Below, one piece after another: positions 14,169 to 28,039 of a stretch of DNA of 64,000 nucleotides. The stretch lies in assembly GCA_951406725.2 (NCBI GenBank), contig OX597817.1, forward strand, positions 50,654,001 through 50,718,000. The letters run 5' to 3'. A program made the position numbers and the translations under genes. Within the stretch, counting starts at the first letter, position 1, and each line of letters starts with the position of its first letter. Below the pieces are notes generated by a model that had not been told where the DNA came from, did no database searches, and worked only from the letters and a program-made list of their open reading frames with translations. The DNA comes from Octopus vulgaris. Taxonomy: Eukaryota.

Positions 14169-14239
<71 letters not shown>

Positions 14240-14424
14240 ATTGCATTGTAGTTTCTAATCAGAACTGATTGGCGTTTTGTTCTGTACACCCTTGTGTTGA
14301 CTACGATTATGGTTATTGGATACTGAAGAATTAATTGTGAAGGAAAATAAAGATCAAATTTCTATAATACTGCGATATTTAATTCTATCAGTTAAAGAAA
14401 TGTTAACTGGGCGATATATTTAAT

Positions 14425-14651
14425 GCGAGCTGGCAGAAACGTTAGCACGCCGGGCGAAATGCGTAGCCGTATTTCGTCTGCCGTTACGTTCTGAGTTCAA
14501 ATTCTGCCGAGGTCGACTTTGCCTTTCATCCTTTCGGGGTCGATTAAATAAGTACCAGTGACGCACTGGGGTCGATGTAATCGACTTAATCCGTTTGTCT
14601 GTCCTTGTTTTTCCCCTCTGTGTTTAGCCCCTTGAGGGTAGTAAAGAAATA
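14425..14651 (+). mobile_element. SINE family B monomer
   Basis: Close to the family B consensus. Confidence 0.9.
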
Positions 14652-15065
14652 ATATTTAATCAAATATGTATGTATATATTATTTATGTATGTACGCACGT
14701 ATTTGTGTGTGTATACATATATATGTGTTGTATGTGTATGTGTGTGTTGGGATGTTTAGGATGCTGACGAATATGTGCTTTTGTGTGGAGATGAGATGCA
14801 TGGTGTGTGATTGTGGGTATCTTATTGGTTGTATATGTGTGTGTGCGCGCTTGCTTGCTCGTTAATGTCTATTATATTTTTATTAATATTATTCATCATT
14901 TTTTCAGAAATTATGATATGCTTAGAGACAGAGGAAAGGCATACGGAAGTTTTTCAATAAAATGTATTGCCTTCTGTTTTCATCTGCTTTTAAGTACATA
15001 AGCGACAGTGTGTCGTGGAGGCCACACAGCAGCTGAATATTATTGGATGAATATCAACACAATAT

Positions 15066-15231
15066 AGGCGTAGGCGTGGCTGTGTGGTAAGTAGCTTGCT
15101 TACCAACCACATGGTTCATGATTCAGTCCCACTGCGTAGCATCTTGGGCAAGTGTCTTCTACTATAGCCTCGGGCCGATCAAAGCCTTGTGAGTGGATTT
15201 GGTAGACGGAAACTGAAAGAAGCCCGTCGTA

Positions 15232-15274
<43 letters not shown>

Positions 15275-15347
15275 CCTCCGAACATCGCTTGACAACCGAT
15301 GCTTGTGTGTTTACGTCCCCGTAACTTAGCGGTTCGGCAAAAGAGAC
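15066..15347 (+). mobile_element. SINE family A, 3'-truncated
   Basis: tRNA-like head ggcgtggctgtgtggtaag..ttcagtccc; internal TA/TG run. Confidence 0.9.
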
Positions 15348-15479
15348 GTCGTTAGCCCAGGATCGATTCTATCTCGGTATCACCCAACACCAAAATTATT
15401 TCCTGGTGCCAATCTACCAAATGAATATAATCTATTCTATCATTTTACTTCTAGTTAGAAATACAATTATAGCTAAGCA

Positions 15480-15677
15480 TTGAGGAGACCCCCTTCGGTC
15501 ATGAATGAAAATGGGATTGCACGTAGAAAGTTGCCCTTTTAGGCACAAGTCCGGGCAATGTTGTTTGTAGAAGGTCAGCAATCGCCCATGCATACCAACC
15601 TCTCCTCTCCACATCACTGATGTTATCCAAGGAAAAAGCAAAGGGGCCGATACAGCTTGGCGGCAGTGATGTCGCTT
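15480..15677 (-). mobile_element. SINE/LINE tail fragment, same family as 50945-51270
   Basis: Shared gcacaagt, tcgcccatgcataccaacct and ggccgatacagcttgg. Confidence 0.7.
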
Positions 15678-16737
15678 TACAAGGAATTAAGGAATCATCG
15701 ACTCTATGTCTATAAACATTCTAATCAGCATTTATTTAGCATCACAGCCGAGACATAAATGTAATATGTATTAGTAACCACATCAAGAGCATTCTTTCAA
15801 TATGGATGCTACATGAATATCACTGTTTGTAATGAGTTAATTATATCATCTCAATAATTTTCCTTTTGTTTCTAGAAAGGACATTTCATTTTAGGTGATT
15901 CATGTCGTCCCCATTTTACGAGCAAGTAACTTATCTTGTGTGATCATTCGCATAGGCTTCATTCCTGGAAAACAATAGCAAATAGCAAACACGCTATATC
16001 CTTATCGCTAAAATATCTGTTAAATGTTCTATGGACAAGTTGATCATGATCTAATATATAGTTCTTGTAAAGGGAAATATGCAAATAAAAAAAAATTAAT
16101 TAATGATTTTTTTCCATTTTTGCATTCGGCCACATCATACACGAAAAATATTGTGAAACTAAAGTAGGAAAATAAAAATGTCAAACGTGAAAAACCGTTG
16201 GTTATTTATCATATACAAAAACTGCCTTAACGTTCCCTCTGGAGATTTATGATATTTGATCATAGATAGGTAGATATTTCATTTGATTACCAACAGTATT
16301 ATATTACCAAAACATATTTTTATATTAATGGATGTTTGATGTAAAGCGATAGATAATTTAGCTGTGTATATAATTCATCAAAATGGTAAATGAAAATGAA
16401 AAATAACGTTAAGTTTAACGATAGCAGAAATTGTGAGAAAATATATTAGAAAGACACACAAAAAAACAGGTCGTCTAAGCTTTTGTCACGGGATATTCTC
16501 AGCAAAATAATTGAAGAAGAAGGATGATTGAAAAATAGAAATAAAATATTGATCCAGTATATAAGGAAAGATTGTCCATTCTAAAACTTAGATAACGTTG
16601 AAGAGCAGAATGTTTTGTAATACAAAAAATAGCTACCGGTAATACACTCTGTTCCGTTGATCGAAATGCATGTCATCAATACAAGAATATAAATTGTTGT
16701 GAGGAAAGAGGAAAATGACAGAAGTAAATCGTTAAAA

Positions 16738-17142
16738 GCAGCGACCTGGCAGAATCGTTAGCAAGTCGGGCGAAATGCTTTCTAGTATTTCGTGTTCCGC
16801 TACGTTCTGAGTTCAAATTCCGCCGAGGTCGACTTTCCCTTTCATCCTTTCGGGGTCGATAAATTAAGTACAAGTTACGCACTGGGATCGATGTAATCGA
16901 CTTAATCCGTTTGTCTGTCCTCTCTTTGTTTAGCCCCTTGTGGGTAGTAAAGAAAAAGGCATTTCGTCTGTCTATACGTTCTGAGTTCAAATTCCGCCGA
17001 GGTCTATTTTCCCTTTCATCCTTTCGGGGTCGATAAATTAAGTACAAGTTACGCACTGGGGTCGATGTAATCGACTTAATCCGTCTCTCTGTCCTTGTTT
17101 GTCCCCTCTATGTTTAGCCCCTTGTGGGCAATAAAGAAATAA
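16738..17142 (+). mobile_element. SINE family B dimer
   Basis: Two units. Confidence 0.9.
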
Positions 17143-17644
17143 GTAAATCGCTAAATACCAGAAATCTCAACATTTTTGAACTGTCATTACCGATGCAGGA
17201 GGGGATCAACTCGATGTCGAGTTTATGGTGAATCAAGAGCGCTCGATGGTATTACAATTGAGCGCTCTGTCGCAAAAAAAAAAACGTTCTGCGCGAGCAA
17301 AAAGTGTTCCAGACAACTAGAATGGTGCTGGACAACCATTATCCATCCTATTACCGATTTCGAATCGTATTTATGGTAAAGACAATGAACACTGAAATGA
17401 CTCTGTTCATTTAGTTCTAAATATTTACCAAAGGTTTGAATAATATTGTTTTCCATCAAATGAAAGAGATGTGTTTCTACGAGATCGCATGATCTGCTAA
17501 TGTATATTAAACTGTCCCATTAAACTGAAGTGTATTTTAGACAATTAGGTACTGAAAACATTATGTACGAATAGATGACATTCTCACCAATGGAACGTCA
17601 TTGATAATACGGATTGTCCATCTGAGTTGACATGGGACTTTCAA

Positions 17645-18202
17645 AGCAGTGGCTCTGTGGTAAGTAGCTTGCTTACCAAACACAGGGTTCTGGGTTCTGC
17701 GTGGCACCTTGGGCAAGTGTCTACCACTATAAAGCCTTGTGAGTGGATTTGGTAGACGGAAACTGAAACAAGCCCGTCGTATATATATATATGTCTGTAT
17801 GTGTGTGTATATGTTTGTGAGATCTTTTCCTTTTGAACGGCAGTTTTCAACACAATTTCTAGTTAACTAAACACTTTTAAACTTCGCATACTGGTAGATG
17901 TTTTATAAACACATTCTACCAGTATAGGAAGTTTAAAAGTGTTTAGTTAACTAGAAATTGTCTTGACATGTGCCGTTCAAAAGGAAAATATCCTGTTTGT
18001 GTGCCTGTGTTTGTCCCCCCAACATCGCTTGACAACCGATGCTGGTGTGTTTACGTTCCCGTAACTTAACTGTTCGGCCAAAGAGACCGATAGAATAAGT
18101 ACTAGGCTTACAAAGAATAAGTCCTGGGGTCGACTTGCTAGATTAAAGGCGGTGCTCCAGTATGGCTACAATCAAATGACTGAAACTAGTAAAAGAGTAA
18201 AG
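17645..18202 (+). mobile_element. SINE family A interrupted by a MITE
   Basis: Head at 17645; tail ggcggtgctccag..tgactgaaac at about 18148-18186. Confidence 0.88.
17820..17993. mobile_element. Palindromic MITE, Merlin-like
   Basis: Whole element is a hairpin; perfect 8-bp TSD TGTTTGTG at 17812-17819 and 17994-18001. Confidence 0.85.
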
Positions 18203-19561
18203 ATTAACACACAAAGCATAAAAAGCCTAACAAAAAAAACAATGAGAGGAAAAATCAATATTGGTCACTGGCTGATGTTAATTGAGTTAATTCAAAGATT
18301 ATGTAGATTGTTTAGTCTTATCATTTGAACATCAGTGAAGTGCCGAGAGCTAGCAAGGTACGAAATGATTACCATGACACGCAGCAGACAGGATAAACTG
18401 CGAACCAAAAATAAATGGACAAAAAAGTAACGTAAAGAATCTTTGAGACATGTCTGTTACAGTGTCAATTAATGCAAGCAATTAAAAGCAAAAGGCTAGA
18501 CAATGTTTCCCTCCGGGGAGTAAAAACAGATCAAAACTCAGTAATCTCTATAGTGGATGTCCAACAAATAAGTACATCGCATTATAATAAACTAAATAAA
18601 TAAATCACTAAATAAATATATAAATAAATAGATAAACGAGAAGAAGAATAATAAGTAAGTTATAATGGGAAAATGCGCAAATTGTATCACCAGTTCAGAG
18701 ATTCACATAGTGTCTGTGGACTTCGAGGTTCTTGGAAGGAAAACCAATCTAGGAAATGAAGGTGTCAGATAGAATAAAACTGATTGTAAATCTGATAGCA
18801 ACACCATTAACATTAATATCGAAACATGTAAAACCTTCCACATTTCCAGTTTTCCGTTTATTCTAATTGCTGTTCAATCATCCTGAAAATGGGTTTCTAA
18901 TCGGTTCTTAACTTGTCGAAGAAAAATGAAAAAGAAAACAAAATAAAAACGAGAAAGAGTTTCATATACGCTTGAACCTTGCTACACGAATACGTACTCA
19001 CGCACATACACACAGACAGATAGATAGATAGATAGATAGATAGATCATATATGATATATCCATGCCCACAAGGACTGAGTCTATAATACACGATTACTAC
19101 TACCACTACGACGACGACCACGACAAAAACGACAAGGAGTACTACTACTACTACAACTACTACTACTAATACATTGTGTCACTGAAAGGAAATCCAGTCG
19201 GCAGGCCGGCTCGTCCCTGTTAATTCTTACGTTTTAACCATGTGAATCTCATTTTAAAGGCTAGTCTTTTCAGTCAATGCCATAATGATGCTACACAAAG
19301 AAAGTAATGCCTTGTAGTGACTCTTTAAAACATCAAAAAGTTTTCCCAGACAAGCGTATTGTTTGAGGGGCATCTGTCCTCTGTAAATTCTATTGAATTC
19401 TTTGTTTCATAATATCGAAATAAATCTATATCGGGAATTTTAAAGCACAGAAACATGTTTAAAAATGTAAAAGTGTTTTATATCTAAGTTTTAACAACTA
19501 ATAGACGAACAGAACAGTGTTTAGTATAGTTGCATTTCAATCTCCTCGAAGGTGTTAAGAA

Positions 19562-20045
19562 TACGAGCGGGTGCTGAAAGGTAACGTATAACGGTTCAAA
19601 TAATTGTAATGGTATACGATAATTAATTGTTATGTAAATACATGATAAAAACGGACAGTTTAAAAAGATTAATGGTAATGCATGGGATGAGGGGCGCATG
19701 CAGCCATTCATAACCCCATTGTTGTATAATCATCTCGTCATATTCGTTCTATGTATTGTCCCTTCTGTGGTGTCCTGTCTGTCCTTGTTTGTCCCCCTCT
19801 ATTTTGGGCCCTTGTGGCTAATAAAGAAACCGAGCGGGTTCTGAAACGTTTCTGGCTTTGGGTAACAGAAAATACAGGAGGGTCACTTAATTATGACTTT
19901 ATCCAACATAGTCCCCTCCCAGATTCACACACTTAGAAAGTTTTTCTAAACCCTGAAAAAGAACTCGGAAATTTGGGCCTCCAACCAGGCTTTTCTCAAC
20001 ACCCTTAGAGCCAGGAACTTTTCATAACGGAAAGCACCCCTCGTA
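19562..20045. mobile_element. mariner-derived MITE with a ~250-bp retroposed insert in its left TIR
   Basis: TIRs tacgagcgggtgctgaaa and gcacccctcgta; cgagcgggt.ctgaaa duplicated at 19564 and 19831; sibling at 25195-25408. Confidence 0.7.
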
Positions 20046-20674
20046 TGCAAGTCATCGTATACATTTAGAATTGTATGTAAATCGTTACTAATACCAATAT
20101 TGGTGTTCAGTAACTTTATATACACATTCACTTGGAAGTTTGTAACAACTGAATACAATGTCCGATATAACGTGATACGCATAAGCAGGTTATAAGGGAT
20201 ATTATTCAGAATTTTATTCACCTGAAGTGACATATGCAATAAGATTTCAACACACCACCCGAAGCCAACAAAATCTCCCTCTTTCTATTTGTGAGAACTA
20301 TTGACCCAACATATCAATTTGCACGAGAATGGACTTTATTTCGTTATGGAATAAATACAGTACGACTAACTGGATATGACCTTTCAATAGTGACCTTTGT
20401 GTCAATTTCTGTTGACACCAAAAACTTTATTCGTTTATCTATATGCAATTTGATTAAATAATCAATCAACACAATTAGAACCATGATATGATTAAACTAC
20501 AATCTTTTGATTTCCTGCAAAATACAAACCAGAAAAATTAATACAGGAAATAAAAAATGAAATCTCGCAGAAATATATTTACAGAAAAAATAAATTGACA
20601 GAATAAATCTCACCGAAAAATGCCACAGTGAGCAAAGTTATCCAGCAGGAAGGTATCTACGTAAGCTTAAATAA

Positions 20675-21082
20675 TCCTTTCTAGTATAGGCACAAGGCCC
20701 GCAATTTGAGGAAAGAGAGCAGTCGCCTACATCGACTTCAGTACGCAACTGGTAATTTATTTATCGACCCCGAAAGGATGAAAGGCAAAGTTGAATTCGG
20801 CGGAATTTGAACACAGGACGTCAAGACAGACGGCTTGCTAACGTTTCTTATTTCTGTATTGTCCACAAGGGGCTAAACACAGAGAGGACAAACAAGGAGA
20901 GACAAACGGATTAAGTCGATTATATCGACCCCAGTGCGTAACTGGTACTAATTTAATCGACCCCGAAAGGATGAAAGGCAAAAATCAACATCGGCGGAAT
21001 TTGAACTCAGAACGTAGCGGCAGACGAAATACTGCTAAGCATTTTGCCCGGGTGCTAACGTTTCTGCCAGCTCGCCGCCTTA
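20675..21082 (-). mobile_element. SINE family B dimer
   Basis: Family B motifs. Confidence 0.88.
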
Positions 21083-21399
21083 CCACCTTACGTAAACTTA
21101 AACAATAAACAGCGATAGGTGAACCACGATATGGCAAGAGATTACTGTACTTTCAGTTAATGACTGATTTACAATATTTGTTTTACTTGTTAAATAAAAT
21201 GTGACATTTTTCCTGTGATTTCTTTTCCTAACTTCCTTTTATTTTTTTTCGGAAACCTATAAAATCCATGTAACTTAGTTTCATAATTGATAGGAAAACG
21301 TAATCGCTGCATTGAATAACTAATAAAAATGCGATCTCAGTTTCATGTCACAAAAACAGCATACATCCGATATAGTCATTTTAATAGATAACATTGGAT

Positions 21400-22240
21400 T
21401 CAAATTTTGGCACAAGACCAGAAAATTCGGGGGTGGGGTCGATTACATTGGTACCAGTGTCTGAGTGGTACTTATACTATCAAAAGATTAAAAAGAAAAG
21501 TCGACCGAGGCAAAAGTTGAACCCAGAATGTAAAGATGGACCAAATACCGGCGTGCTAACTAATCTAGTAGCCCGCTTTCTGATTTTAACAAATAATATT
21601 GATTTCACATTTTATCATCAGGCAGGCCATTTCAGAGGTAACGGTAGGTCGATTACATCGACCCCCAGCGTTCAACTGGTATTTATTTTATCGACCCCGA
21701 AAGAATGAAAGGCAAAATCGACCATGGTGGAATTTGGGATATTTTCGGTTTGAACGGCAGTTTTTTCTAGCGGTGTCATATGAAATTGTCACCCATCATT
21801 ATGACCCTAGTATCGATCTATTGCATTTCAATCTGTTTTAGGGTTAGGTTTAGGGGTGGGGGGAAGGGTATCTTTTTTTCTGCAGAAATGTAAATAAACC
21901 TAATCTATTTCTTAAACGAGAGACAAATTCATACGGTACAGAATGTTTTCACTTCAATAGACGTCATTGATTGGTTGAAATTGCAGAAATTGAAGAAAAA
22001 CAACAACAAATATCTTACAAACTATAGAATTTTCTCAATAAAGCCAAGAGAAAAATATGTTTTATAAACACATTCTACCAGTATACGAAGTTTAAAAGTG
22101 TTTAGTTACGTGGAAATTATTTTTAAAAACTGCCGTTGAAACCGAAAGATCCAGAATTTGGACTCAGAACGTAAGGCCGGACAAAATGCTGCTAAGTATT
22201 TTGCTCGGCGTGCTAACGATTCTGCCAGCTTGCCGCCTTA
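21400..22240 (-). mobile_element. Two SINE B copies, the second split by a MITE
   Basis: SINE sequence resumes at 22153 (gaatttggactcagaacg). Confidence 0.75.
21737..22152. mobile_element. MITE, Merlin-like
   Basis: ~28-bp TIR ggatattttcggtttgaacggcagtttt / aaaactgccgttgaaaccgaaagatcc; GG..CC termini; 8-bp TSD ggaatttg/agaatttg. Confidence 0.85.
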
Positions 22241-22627
22241 TTTCAATAAGTTATATTGAAATTCCCTTTAAATAATTAAATCTTGAAGTCATTAAATGGT
22301 TGTATCAGAGAAACATTGGAGGCGAAAATGCAATAAAAAAACACTTTCATATTGAAACATTAGTCTTTCATATAAAAGTTACTATTTATTTCAATTTAAA
22401 AAATATTTTTTTTTTGTAAGGAACTACAAATTGAAGAAAGAGAAGGACAAGCCACCGTAATGGAACTCGAAGTATATATCACTTGCTAAATAACAACTTT
22501 ACTGATTATCATACAGAAAGACTGTCACTGTCTCGTTGTAGTTAGTTTATAATTTATATTCAATGTTCATTCTGCCTTCATGAGGTTTCATTAAAGTAAA
22601 TTGTAAACATCGGAGCTATGTTGATCG

Positions 22628-22950
22628 TGAAAGCGTGTGGCTGAGTGGTTAGGTTATTCGGCTCAAGGTCATGGGTTCGATACCCAGTGACAAGTTAAGT
22701 CCTTGAGCAAGACACTTCATCCACGGTGCTGCTGTCTACTCAGATGGCAAAACTATGTAGTACTTGTATTTTCAAAGTGCCAACCTTGTTATCATTCTGG
22801 GACACGCTGAATCTGCTTGAGATCTACGTTTTGAGAACGCGCATGGTGTGGTGTACTCAGCCACTTACACGTTAATTTCAAGAGCAGATTGTTCCATTGA
22901 TCGTATCAACTGGAACTCTCTCTGCCGTCGTGACCGATGGAGTGCCATTT
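22628..22950 (+). mobile_element. tRNA-derived SINE, diverged
   Basis: tggctgagtggttagg A box, ggttcgatacc B box, gtccttgagcaagacactt core. Confidence 0.7.
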
Positions 22951-24299
22951 ATTCTTTTTAAAAAAATAGTATTCTGGGTCTTTGTACCCTAACCGGGTCT
23001 TCGCACCCTATCCCTAACCAAATGAGGACCCACACACACCTTTGTGAAAACATTTCACTTTTAAATAGTCAAATATGGTTGGAAGCACGTTAACTTGCTT
23101 TTAATTAAAGATCCGCTAACTACTTATATCAGCAGATATTAATTAAATTTTGTATATATTATTCAAACACTACAAAATGTGCCGAGATTTCACAGAGAAC
23201 TTAAAGCTTACAAAATATTTGCCCTTCCACTAACGAGCATTACTGACCCACAGTATCAAGCTACGCGTGGTTCGAATTTATTTGACTGTGTACAATACAA
23301 GTAACGAGATATTGCGGGTTAATAGTGTCCTTGGATCTCTGACATCTTATTAATTCATACAACCGCAATTTAATTATTGAACTAATCAGAACAGACTGAG
23401 TTATATTATGATTATGTCGAGTTTATTCTATTGTAATAAAGCACTTGATTAATAACCTGTAAGTTCACTTTGGTATCAATAAAACAATGTAACGTAAAAG
23501 TTATAAGTTCTCATCTCTGGTTTGACGTCGCATCTTCACGTGCCATTTGACCGAAGATAATTAACCATACAACATTCTAACATTCTAAGATACAGTTAAT
23601 GAACATTTTTTTTCTTGAATATCAACGAATATTTTATTTCAATTTTAGACTTGCACATAGGTTGTTTCATTAAAAATTTTTCGTTTTATTACAGGAAACT
23701 ATGTAACAACGTGAAAGTTTATCCAACGGAAGGTTAATTAGGTTGCCACCAGAAGAACAGTAAATATCCAACATTTCGCACAGAGTATTGACTGCTCTGA
23801 TCGAAATATAAGGGTTATCATTTCATATTCGTTGTTTAAGGTGGTCAGTGTTCCTCTCTTGCAGAGAAATCGATGGAGCGTCATGGCTGGGTGCTTTGGG
23901 ATTCGAACAATGTGATTTCCGAAACTTACGTAGTTCCTCATCGGGACAATGTGTTTAACAGTTACAGTAGATTTTGCAGTTCTTCTATTGAAGCTTTTAG
24001 GAATTATTCGTATCATTCTATTACCCTGGGTAACACATATTTTACTGAATGATATCTGACAATCGATTCAAAGTAATTTAGTTCCGTTGAATAAGAATTT
24101 CAACTCGGTTTCTTTTTATTCTTGTCAATAGCCTAAGGACTAAATAATTATGTGTTCAAAGTTATTTTCCTGTTTCATGAATACGAGCAGTTCAAACTAC
24201 AGTAAAATTACATTATAACGGTAGAAATGACTTAAAATAAAATTAAAAAAATAAAGAGATGTGAAGCTTTCATTCTAGCCAAAACTCTTTTATAAGGCT

Positions 24300-25015
24300 C
24301 TCTAGCGTATTTGATTGTTGATGGCAGGTCTCTTCTCAAGCATCAACTGTATTATCAGCCATCATGTTGGAATCCTAGCGTTCTTGGTACCGTTCGTCCA
24401 TAATTTTGACATCTTGGTGGAATCTCTTTCCTTGCTCATCACTAACAGCACCTAAATTACCCGAAATTGGTCAAGATAACTATTCAAAAAATGCATCTTT
24501 ACGCTCATATTGTAAACTTATTGTAATCCCTTAAAAGTCTTTTTTTTTACGATTTCCTTATAGTTATCTGCCCTATAATTGCTTCAAGATTTTTCTATCG
24601 AGTCCATGAATGGGAACGAAGCATTTTTATCGCTTTCATTCTTGATATTAGAAAGATCGAAGTCTTTAATTAATGTTATTTGTGAACTGTCGAAAATTCC
24701 CATCTTGATATTTTTTTTTACATAACTTAAACTTAAAATTTTGAAGTTATGTATTTGAAACACTCGCCGTTCGTATCTAAAACTTTTGCATATTGTTTAT
24801 TGAGGCCTAGTTTGATATGCAGAGTAGAAAATATGACATTATCTCTGGTCAATAAAGGCGGATTAATTACGTTTCTTTCTCCAACAGTAAGTGATGTTCC
24901 TGCTGGCCAGATTTGTTTGAAATAATGTTCTTTCTTGACCCTGCTCTCCCTTAAATAAATGAAGCAGAGATATTTAAGATACCTTACTTGTTCTAGCAGA
25001 AAATTAACCATTTAG
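24300..25015 (-). pseudogene. DNA transposase relic, probably Chapaev-3/CMC-like
   Basis: ORF 24733-25011 LHIKLGLNKQYAKVLD; manual translation 24465-24350 NLGAVSDEQGKRFHQDVKIMDERYQ. Superfamily assignment is from memory. Confidence 0.7.
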
Positions 25016-25194
25016 TTTTTAACCAGAAAATTAACACATTTGACCCTTTCGTGCTGCCTATATTTCTTTTAATTTTGTTAAGTGCCCAAACGGTATCCAG
25101 TCGTATTGAGGCCATTGTGCAACAACACACACCTAAGACTTCTTTTCGAGCTGTCCAAAAAACAATCCCCGATCATTATATATATATATATATA

Positions 25195-25408
25195 TGTACA
25201 GACGAACGATACCGAAACAGTCCTGGCTTTGTGCAAAAGCAAATGCAGGAAAATCATTTAATTATTATTTTATTCAACATATTCCCCCTCTCAGATTCAT
25301 ACACTTACTGCAGCGGTCCTTCGGTTTTTCTTAGACACATAAAAGTACTCGGAAATTTAGGTCTCTAGCGATACCATTGAAGTCAGCAGCTTTCCAGCAC
25401 CCTCAGAT
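25195..25408. mobile_element. mariner-derived MITE, diverged
   Basis: Homologous to 19831-20045 (ttattcaacata, tcccc, cagattca.acactta). Confidence 0.65.
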
Positions 25409-25754
25409 ATATATATATGATCAAACGAGTAAATTTAACAGACAAGAGGACGTACTCAAGAATTGTATGAGCTTGACGCCCAGTGAACAGGTATGTGTGT
25501 GTGTGTGTAATGCTTAGTTTCACAGTCATATGACTATTCGACGTTACTACCGTTTTTAACCCCTAGAAAAGCATCTTCTAGCTGCTTATCGATTCAGCCT
25601 GCACCTGGTATATATAGAGATCAAGGGAGCGAACCCTTGCCATCTTCTAGCACACCAGGAGATCACCAAACCGAACGGTTTCGGCTTAATTGAGCCCATC
25701 GCTATGTATGTATGTATGAATGTATGAAAATCTCCATACATACATACATACATA

Positions 25755-25891
25755 GCGGGGGCGGACTGAGCCGTCGGTCAATCGGGCACTCCTTTAGGGA
25801 CCAAAGCTTTGAGAAGCCGTGCTCTACATGTCAACTCTACTGACACACACAGTTATACACGAGGGCTCTTAATTCTCTCAGTCCGCCCCTG
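25755..25891. mobile_element. Small MITE (hAT-like TIR) inside (CATA)n
   Basis: ggggcggactgag / ctcagtccgcccc inverted ends. Confidence 0.65.
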
Positions 25892-25928
25892 ATACATACA
25901 TACATACATACATACATACATACATACA

Positions 25929-25959
<31 letters not shown>

Positions 25960-26137
25960 CATTATTCAGTTTTATTTCAAGATTTCCTGCAGAAAGAGAT
26001 AGAGTGGGTTTCTAACCTAGATCCACGCTCCTTCTTTCGAATTTCAACAATATCAAAATGGTATTTTTGTATGTATGTGTGTATATATTTTTGTATGCAT
26101 GCATGTATGTATGTATATACATATGTATATACGTATG

Positions 26138-26171
<34 letters not shown>

Positions 26172-26762
26172 TGTATGTATGTATGTATGTATGTATGTAT
26201 GTATGTATACGTGCATGTTTGTATGTGTTGTTTTATATATATCTTATGCATATGCTTGCATATCTAGAAATACTAATGTATGCCTATTAATGAGTTGCGA
26301 GAGTGTGCCAGTTATTGTTAATTGTGATCGATCGTAGGGTTGAAAATAATTGCATTATACAAGAGTTCCGATAATTTTACAGAACTTGACATATTTTCAA
26401 ATAATCACTTCTTTTCGAATGATATATATTATAAAATAATCCTGCTTCCTAACACGTTTCTGCTGTCAAGTGTTACATTGTAAAGAACTATGGATAGAAG
26501 GTAAAAGAGGACATCTTTAGTATAATGAAATTGTGTCAAGAAGATTTTAATAAACCGGGTATGGAAAATAAGCATAAAAACGTTAGAAAAATAAGGAATA
26601 TCCAATATCTCATGATAGAAATTATTATTATTAAATGTTCGAAATCATCACCCTCATTATTATCATTTGATATTAACTATCCGTTTAGCTCATATACCAC
26701 TTCGTTAGTACTTTTCTTCAATATATATCTTTAATGGCCACACCAGCTCTATCTGTCTGTCC

Positions 26763-26796
<34 letters not shown>

Positions 26797-26883
26797 GTGA
26801 ATGTCTGTCTATCTATCTATATGAATGTCTGTCTATCTATCTATATGAATGTCTGTTTATCTATCTATATGAATGTCTGTCTG

Positions 26884-26939
<56 letters not shown>

Positions 26940-27631
26940 ACTACCTATCTATCTGTACGTATGTATGTATGCAAACACATTTACTGAGTTTGCACGTATA
27001 GTTATAATCCTTCTATCGATTTTAACGGAAGCATATCTATCGATTTCATTCCTGGGCGGGGGGGGGGGGCATTAAAGGGATCCATTAATTAAATATACAG
27101 TTGACTTTGAAAATCCTATATATGCATTAATAATTTGCATTCCTTTTTAATATTACTTCTATTAGAAAAAAAAACTGAATCCAAATATTTTTTTTATTTT
27201 CATAATCCATCAATGTATATCTTATTTCCTGTATTTTAATTTTCATTTCCTATTAATATAGCTGAATATTTATTACCGTGGTAGATCCAAAAGAAACTGG
27301 AATTTAAGCACAAATAGATTCGTTTCTTTGTCGTCCTGATTTTCTGACGACTTCTTTGCTTTTTCTTATCCCACATCTAAGAAATCTTACATCTGCCCAT
27401 AAATGCCAATTAAGCTCAAATTTAATGATCTTATGCTTATAACAAGACGCTATATTTGCATAGTGTGTTCAATTTTGATACGTCACATGCAAAGCTTGCT
27501 GGGATTATCTTAAAGCTTCAATCGTTCTAGGGTCTTTGATTGTAACCAGGAGATAATATGGTTAGAGCAAATGGCGTTGTATTCGTCTTATGTTAGAAAT
27601 CATTGTCATTAAATGTTCGACTATCATCATC

Positions 27632-27669
<38 letters not shown>

Positions 27670-28017
27670 CTTGGCCATGCTGGAGCACCGCCTTTAATCG
27701 TGCAGATCGACCCCAGGACTTATTCTTTGTAAGCCCAGTACTTATTCTATCGGTCTCTTTTGCCGAACCACTAAGTTACGGGGACGTAAACACACCAGCT
27801 TCGGTCGTCAAGCGATATTGGGGGGACAAACAGACACACACACAAATACACAAACACACACACACACACATATATATACGACGGGCTTCTTTCAGTTTCC
27901 GTCTACCAAATCCACTCACAAGGCTTTGGTCGGCTAGAGTAAAAGACACAGTGGGACTGAACCCAGAACCATGTGGCTGGTAAGCAAGCTACTTACCACA
28001 CAGCCACTCCTGCGCCT
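27670..28017 (-). mobile_element. SINE family A
   Basis: Reverse complement of the family A consensus. Confidence 0.9.
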
Positions 28018-28039
28018 TAATATTAACATTAATAATAAT

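Noticed and set aside
21838-21858. TTAGGG-like telomeric repeats
   Set aside because: Two to three imperfect units internal to a MITE.
23865-24029. Possible + strand exon (ttcctctcttgcag..g/gtaaca, 165 nt, open frame)
   Set aside because: Peptide unrecognised, donor weak, no partner exons; needs RNA-seq.
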